Shown here piece by piece: positions 59,150-64,000 of a stretch of 64,000 nt of DNA. Where the stretch lies: positions 1 to 64,000 of IMG/VR virus record IMGVR_UViG_3300046820_000298, one strand, 5' to 3'. Every line of letters begins with the position of its first letter. The first letter of the stretch is position 1. The position numbers were made by a program, and so were the translations under genes. Source of the DNA: a virus. The notes under the pieces were generated by a model. That model saw only the letters and a list, made by a program, of their open reading frames with translations. It was not told where the DNA came from and did not search any database.

Positions 59150-59410
59150 GATTAGAGTCAGATGGAAGGACGAGAGTATATGTCCCAACTCATCACACTC
59201 TAATTCGTGGGGTAGAATAGTAATCACCAAATTGATTGCATCATATTCTATCCCACTTTCTCTCATTGCATTCAGTTGTAATACCTTGTGTAAGTCCTAA
59301 ACTTAATCGTTACCTATTAAGTCTTACGTAGATACTTCTCTACATTATGTAAGCAGGGTGTTTAGGGTTCTAGTGTTTAATCACAAAAGACTATTACAAC
59401 TGTTTGCTTT
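59150..59410 (+). ncRNA. candidate large structured RNA / early leader
   Basis: Three consecutive long helical domains, including 13-bp and 11-bp stems. G-U pairs favour the + strand. Confidence 0.5.
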
Positions 59411-59447
59411 CTTGTATCGTAAACAATAACTCATCAATAACACAATC

Positions 59448-59660
59448 ATGAAAAGACCATTTGATTTCCTCAAGACTATTGCTGAACTAGCAATCGTTGC
59501 TATTGTACTATTCATTGCTCCGGCAATTGTACATTCAGCAGTAACACTAGACTTTACTCATTACCTCAATGACCTATCATCTAGTGCTTACTGTGGTATC
59601 ATGTCCTTTGTATCCTTCTTCGGTACTCTATTCTTTATCGTAGTTGAAACAGAAAACTAA
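59448..59660 (+). CDS. small 2-TM membrane protein
   Basis: Two hydrophobic helices in 70 aa. Confidence 0.65.
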   Translation: MKRPFDFLKTIAELAIVAIVLFIAPAIVHSAVTLDFTHYLNDLSSSAYCGIMSFVSFFGTLFFIVVETEN

Positions 59661-59672
59661 TTCTATCACACT

Positions 59673-59873
59673 ATGAGAGAAGATAAGTACAATTTTGCAG
59701 AGACTACCACATTCTATGCACTCATTATCATTGGCATTACACTGATGATAATCTTCATGACATCTTGTAGTCAGACCCAACATGGGTTTGACTATAAGTC
59801 TCATGCTAAATCAAATGCTGAGTGGAAACACAAAGCTGAACACAACAATCTCCCAAAATGTAATCGTCATTAA
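59673..59873 (+). CDS. small putative lipoprotein
   Basis: Hydrophobic signal ending IIFMTS-C, a Bacteroidota-style lipobox. Confidence 0.6.
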   Translation: MREDKYNFAETTTFYALIIIGITLMIIFMTSCSQTQHGFDYKSHAKSNAEWKHKAEHNNLPKCNRH

Positions 59874-59874
59874 C

Positions 59875-59973
59875 ATGAATGAAACAACTAAAGACATTCT
59901 GCTATTCGTAGCAGGCTTCCTAGTATCAGCAGCAATCACAGTTATGTGGTTGGTAATAGGAGCAATTATATAG
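59875..59973 (+). CDS. 32-aa single-TM peptide
   Basis: MNETTKDILLFVAGFLVSAAITVMWLVIGAII. ATG lies 1 nt after the upstream stop. Confidence 0.6.
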   Translation: MNETTKDILLFVAGFLVSAAITVMWLVIGAII

Positions 59974-59987
59974 GGGTTCAATCCCCT

Positions 59988-60048
59988 TTTACTAATGCAG
60001 CCATCGAAAGATGAGAGTCACAAGCCTCTATAAATGCAGAGTGGTAAA
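59988..60048 (+). ncRNA. twister self-cleaving ribozyme (type P1)
   Basis: P1 UUUA/UAAA, C-U^AA, P2 UGCA/UGCA, T2 GC/GC, P3 CAUC-GAAA-GAUG, P4 AGAG/CUCU, L4 UCAC-AA-GC, T1 UCAC/GUGG, and conserved GA after P2. Confidence 0.88.
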
Positions 60049-60089
60049 CAATTTATTCATTAACTTTTTTAATTTAAATCATCAAAATC

Positions 60090-60698
60090 ATGATGAACAA
60101 CACAATCAACAGTGGCTCATTGCAAGGATTGCAAGCTGGCCAAACCCTTCTCGTTTCAGCTCGTAAAGTAGCTGGTAACAAAGTTCAATTGGAATTTGCT
60201 GAGATTGTCAGAACACAGTCTACTGCAGCAAGTCCACTTGCTCTATTCAACAAATCAGACGATCGTTTCTCACAAGGAGGTGCTCGTCGTGCTTGGTTGA
60301 CTGCTGAGCCTAAGGATGCAAGTGCTTACTTGTCTATTGATGTTACTGATTCCAATCCTAATTGGACAGTAGATTCAATGGGACGTGAAGTACTCTCTTT
60401 GAACATCCTCAATCCAGTAGCTAACATTTCTGGAGAGCAGATTCCACTTAAGTTGGAGGTTGTAGAAACTACTACACCAACTGAGTATCAAGCTGCTAAC
60501 TTGGAGACAGCTGCCAAGCGTCGTGGTAAAGATGGTGATTTCATTACTCACAAGGGAATGTACATCTTTGCTAACACACGTATTGCTTTTCACAAAGCAA
60601 ATCACGTATTCCTCGAGGCTGATGCAGCTGCAACTACTACTAAGATGAGTGGTATTCCAGCAGGTGTTGACTTCAGCACAGGAGAGATATTCAGCTAA
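60090..60698 (+). CDS. putative single-stranded DNA-binding protein (crAss-like)
   Basis: 202 aa and beta-rich, with a flexible tail ending DFSTGEIFS. Highly expressed codon usage, its own terminator and a position near polA. Confidence 0.5.
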   Translation: MMNNTINSGSLQGLQAGQTLLVSARKVAGNKVQLEFAEIVRTQSTAASPLALFNKSDDRFSQGGARRAWLTAEPKDASAYLSIDVTDSNPNWTVDSMGREVLSLNILNPVANISGEQIPLKLEVVETTTPTEYQAANLETAAKRRGKDGDFITHKGMYIFANTRIAFHKANHVFLEADAAATTTKMSGIPAGVDFSTGEIFS

Positions 60699-60716
60699 TC
60701 ATTTAGTTGAATAGTA

Positions 60717-60752
60717 AATCAGGGTGGGCTTTATAGCTCATCCTGATTTTAT
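60717..60752 (+). terminator. intrinsic terminator
   Basis: AAATCAGGGTGGGCT-TTAT-AGCTCATCCTGATTT followed by a T-rich tail. Confidence 0.8.
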
Positions 60753-60773
60753 TCTTCATTTAATTCTATTAAA

Positions 60774-60869
60774 ATGAAACTAACAACGAAGCTAGTTATA
60801 GCTCTCATTTTGTCATTAATCGTAGGGGCATCTGTCTCTATGCTATGGAGCATTGCATTCCATAACTAA
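60774..60869 (+). CDS. 31-aa single-TM peptide (not in ORF track)
   Basis: MKLTTKLVIALILSLIVGASVSMLWSIAFHN after an A-rich initiation context. Confidence 0.5.
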   Translation: MKLTTKLVIALILSLIVGASVSMLWSIAFHN

Positions 60870-61014
60870 AAACATTATCCTCTCATAGCAAATAAAAGGA
60901 AGGCAGTAGTAAGCATCAAAAGCAAGGTTTTAGAGGAGCCTTGCTGCTTATTGCTGTATAGTTACCTGCATTTTATGCAGCAATTAATCACGAAACAATT
61001 AAACTAGTATAGAA

Positions 61015-61248
61015 ATGAGTAAAACAAAATTTGTATTAGACTTAATAGAGTCTAACAGCTATCAAGCATTTGAAATACAAGCTATGATGGCAGCTGAGAA
61101 AGGAGAAAAGTTCTTTCAGTTCGGGAATGCTACGTATGACGTAGAGTTTGCCGCTAATGTAATGGTGTATATTTACCACACAATTCAAAAATCTTATGAA
61201 CAGCAGCATTTACTTCATCAGCAAGAACCAGGCACTGATACAGAGTAA
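61015..61248 (+). CDS. hypothetical protein
   Basis: 77 aa, overlapping the polA start. Confidence 0.55.
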   Translation: MSKTKFVLDLIESNSYQAFEIQAMMAAEKGEKFFQFGNATYDVEFAANVMVYIYHTIQKSYEQQHLLHQQEPGTDTE

Positions 61249-63106
61249 CTTTAACACATCAACAATCAATGAAGCAGTTGAGTATCTATCTACTAAGCTA
61301 GTATTAGGGGTAGATACAGAGACAGAAGGATTTGATTTTACATGTAAGAAGTTACTAATGCTTCAGATTGGGGATAGAGAACGTCAGTATGTAATTGATT
61401 GTAGAGATCTAAACCAAGAGGATAATGCTCAACTAAACACGGTGTTAAACGATGCTGGTATCGTCAAGATATTCCACAATGCAAAGTTTGACTACAAGTT
61501 TATCAAGCATTACCTTAGAATAGATACTGTAAACATTCATGATACATATCTATGTGAGAAAGTGTTACACTGTGGAAAGACTGATTATGGGTTTGGATTG
61601 GCTAAACTTGTTAAGAGATATCTTGATAAAGACTTAGATAAATCTGTACGTAATAGGTTTACTCAAACATCTTCTACTCCATTTACTGATGATCAGATTG
61701 TCTATGGGGCTAAAGATGTAGAGTATCTAATAGATATCTACAACAAACAGCTAGAGCTATTACCATTGCAAACTCTTTCTAATGTAGCTAGTCTAGAAAA
61801 CCAAGCGGTGATTGTATTCTCTGAGATTGAGTACAATGGACTAGAGATTAACCTCGAAGCTTGGAAGAAGTTAGCTGATAGAAACAAAGCAGAAAGCACT
61901 ACTTTAGAAAAGCAATTAGATAATCTGTTGCTATCCTATCCAGAGTTCAGTAAGTATAAGGCTAAGAAGCAATTAGATCTATTCCTAATGGAAGAAGAAC
62001 TAAAAGATTCAACTGTTAATTGGGATAGCCCAAGTCAAGTGCTTAAGATATTCCAGACTCTATTCCCTAAGATTGAGGATGTGAATGGTAAGAAGCTAGC
62101 ACCTTACAAGTACAAGCATAAGCTTATCGAAGAGTACATTAAGTACAAAGAGAAAAGCAAACTAGCATCAGCATTTGGGCAGAACTTCAATAGCTTTATT
62201 AGCTGTGATAATAAAGTGCATACTAACTTTCAACAGATACTAGACACTGGACGTGTATCATCTAGTGAACCTAATATGCAGCAAATCCCAGCAACTAATG
62301 AGTATCGTAATTGCTTTGTTGCTCCACATGGATGGGTGTTTGTATCTTCTGACTATAGCTCACAAGAGTTAAACGTAATTGCATACGGAAGTCAAGACCC
62401 TGTGTTCTTATCAGCTCTTAGAAACAATGAAGACTTGCACTCAGTATGTGCTGAGTTAGTATTTGCTGATGTGTGGAGAAATGCATCTGAGCATGATTGT
62501 GCTTACATGAAAGCTAAAGAGAAGTGTGAGTGTAAAGAACACAAGAAACTTAGGACACAGGTTAAGACAATCAACTTTGGATTGGCTTATGGAATGGGTC
62601 CTAAGAAGTTATCTGAGACTATTAACTCTACACTTGCTGAAGCTAAACAATTGATTGATAAGTATTTCAAAGCTTTCCCTAAGATTAAAAGATTTCTTGA
62701 TGATCAGGGAGAATTTGGGAAGAGGTACGGGTATGTGACTACGTTCTATCCTTTCTATAGGAAGAGATGGTTTGATAACTGGACCCCTAAAATGTACAAT
62801 GATAGTGACAGCTTTATGGAGCTGGGTTCTATCGAGAGAGCATCAAAGAATACCCCAATTCAAGGTAGTTCAGCTGATATGACAAAGCTAGCATTAGTTT
62901 ATCTTCACAGACGAATCAAGAAGCATGGCTATCCAGTTAAGATAGTAATGACTGTTCATGATCAGATAGATACCATTTGCCCAGAGGAATTTGCAGATGA
63001 GTGGAAACTATACATGACTGAGGAGATGGAGAGAGCAGCTAGTAAGGTAATCAGAAATGGGTTATTAAAAGCAGACACATCAATAACTAAAGTATGGAGT
63101 AAGTAA
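61196..63106 (+). CDS. polA: DNA polymerase family A with 3'-5' exonuclease
   Basis: Exo I GVDTET, Exo II HNAKFD, Exo III YGAKD. TGRVSSSEPNMQQIP, motif A DYSSQEL, motif B RTQVKTINFGLAYG, motif C VHDQI. Confidence 0.93.
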   Translation: MNSSIYFISKNQALIQSNFNTSTINEAVEYLSTKLVLGVDTETEGFDFTCKKLLMLQIGDRERQYVIDCRDLNQEDNAQLNTVLNDAGIVKIFHNAKFDYKFIKHYLRIDTVNIHDTYLCEKVLHCGKTDYGFGLAKLVKRYLDKDLDKSVRNRFTQTSSTPFTDDQIVYGAKDVEYLIDIYNKQLELLPLQTLSNVASLENQAVIVFSEIEYNGLEINLEAWKKLADRNKAESTTLEKQLDNLLLSYPEFSKYKAKKQLDLFLMEEELKDSTVNWDSPSQVLKIFQTLFPKIEDVNGKKLAPYKYKHKLIEEYIKYKEKSKLASAFGQNFNSFISCDNKVHTNFQQILDTGRVSSSEPNMQQIPATNEYRNCFVAPHGWVFVSSDYSSQELNVIAYGSQDPVFLSALRNNEDLHSVCAELVFADVWRNASEHDCAYMKAKEKCECKEHKKLRTQVKTINFGLAYGMGPKKLSETINSTLAEAKQLIDKYFKAFPKIKRFLDDQGEFGKRYGYVTTFYPFYRKRWFDNWTPKMYNDSDSFMELGSIERASKNTPIQGSSADMTKLALVYLHRRIKKHGYPVKIVMTVHDQIDTICPEEFADEWKLYMTEEMERAASKVIRNGLLKADTSITKVWSK

Positions 63107-63107
63107 C

Positions 63108-63464
63108 ATGAAAGAAGAAGAACAATTAAAGGTTCTAAACCTACTAATGTGGTTACAGACATCTATCTATGCAGCAGATGAGTGTGAGCCTATTACGTGG
63201 TTCTATAATCGTAGGACTAAACAGTCAATTAAAAACACTGTTGAGACTATATCTAAAGAACACGGGAGGACTATAATGGCTTTGTGGGATGTAGATGGAG
63301 TTCAGATGCCACTAGTGACAGAAGTAATGGAGAAGTTTACTAAGTCTATAGGGCAATTAAACTACTACAAACTCACTGACATTAATCTGCTTATAGATCT
63401 CTACAATGAGGGTAAATTAGATACATTACTTAAACTTCATCAAAAAACAAAAACAGATGAGTAA
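63108..63464 (+). CDS. hypothetical protein
   Basis: 118 aa, starting 1 nt after the polA stop. Confidence 0.65.
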   Translation: MKEEEQLKVLNLLMWLQTSIYAADECEPITWFYNRRTKQSIKNTVETISKEHGRTIMALWDVDGVQMPLVTEVMEKFTKSIGQLNYYKLTDINLLIDLYNEGKLDTLLKLHQKTKTDE

Positions 63465-63744
63465 TTATCCAGCAGGGGCAGAATACGATTCTAGAGCTCC
63501 GTACAATCAATCAGGTACTGATGACTTATGTATTTATTGTGATTCAAAAGAAATAGAGTTCATTGCTAGAAGCCAAGCTCAAGACATAGCTACTAGAATG
63601 AATGCAGGTTTATTAGATGGGCAAGAATCATTTATTGATGATGACTTCTATGATGCCTGTCTTCAAGATGAATTTGAATCACGTAAACAATGTAAACAAT
63701 GCTACTTAGAAGAACACGCAGACGATTGGGAGGAAGACGTATGA
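63457..63744 (+). CDS. acidic hypothetical protein with two CxxC motifs
   Basis: YPAGAEYDSRAPYNQ N-terminus, CIYC and CKQC. Confidence 0.65.
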   Translation: MSNYPAGAEYDSRAPYNQSGTDDLCIYCDSKEIEFIARSQAQDIATRMNAGLLDGQESFIDDDFYDACLQDEFESRKQCKQCYLEEHADDWEEDV

Positions 63745-64000
63745 TTAAGCCTACCCCAGAAGAAGTCATAGAGCATTTGATTAACAAGATGTTTGAGTAT
63801 GCTAATCTCCCACAACGATACGATGATATAAAAGATCGTAAAGATGAGTGGTATAAAGAGTATACAATGACTCAAGATCAATCATATGCATTCAAAGCTT
63901 ATGCTATTCCTTACTTAAGAAAAGCACTTAAAACTGGACATTACACTGCAGATACAGAGTATCAGTGGTTTGATTTAGTTTATGGGCTTAAGATCTCAGA
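63741..64000 (+). CDS. hypothetical protein, 3' end at the window edge
   Basis: MIKPTPEEVIEHLINKMFEY...WFDLVYGLKIS. ATGA overlap, and the frame stays open to the window end. Confidence 0.6.
   Translation, partial: MIKPTPEEVIEHLINKMFEYANLPQRYDDIKDRKDEWYKEYTMTQDQSYAFKAYAIPYLRKALKTGHYTADTEYQWFDLVYGLKIS

Noticed and set aside
59100-59150. CRISPR or mini-array in the CTAACT repeats
   Set aside because: These are short degenerate tandem units with no constant repeat and spacer architecture, and no cas genes are present.
59930-59990. Possible tRNA (GGTTCAATCC T-loop)
   Set aside because: Only a T-arm-like hairpin is present. I cannot form an acceptor, D or anticodon arm, and the upstream sequence codes for a TM peptide.
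5949-63106. Introns or inteins in vRNAP, TerL, MCP or PolA
   Set aside because: Reading frames are continuous with normal sizes. I saw no intein C...HN-C/S/T ends and no homing endonuclease motifs.

Overview
This window is part of a lytic crAss-like (Crassvirales-type) phage genome, most likely infecting a Bacteroidota host, and it uses the standard genetic code. Positions 1-1200 are the end of a + strand block of small genes, which converges on a bidirectional terminator. Positions 1241-57945 are one - strand late/virion module containing tail fibre, overlapped lysis cassette, GroES, HU/IHF-like proteins, TerL, portal, Dps-like protein, scaffold, major capsid protein, ring/hub/muzzle tail proteins and cargo proteins. 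It ends in three giant ejection proteins, one of which is the virion RNA polymerase (DFDVD motif). From about 58000 the + strand carries two Ig-like genes, a highly structured non-coding region, small membrane peptides, a putative SSB and a family A DNA polymerase. The most notable observations are: (1) cysteines placed at the facing termini of the three Cys-poor ejection proteins, suggesting a head-to-tail linked chain; (2) a NADAR domain inserted in an ejected protein; (3) a complete twister ribozyme upstream of the putative SSB; (4) two unexplained large structured RNA candidates; (5) a recurring basic-x-x-GG / KKYQTAG motif shared by cargo-like proteins; (6) TAnnTTTG promoters placed 5 nt before the ATG, implying leaderless late mRNAs. 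All calls come from motif recognition and synteny by eye. No database search or folding program was run.
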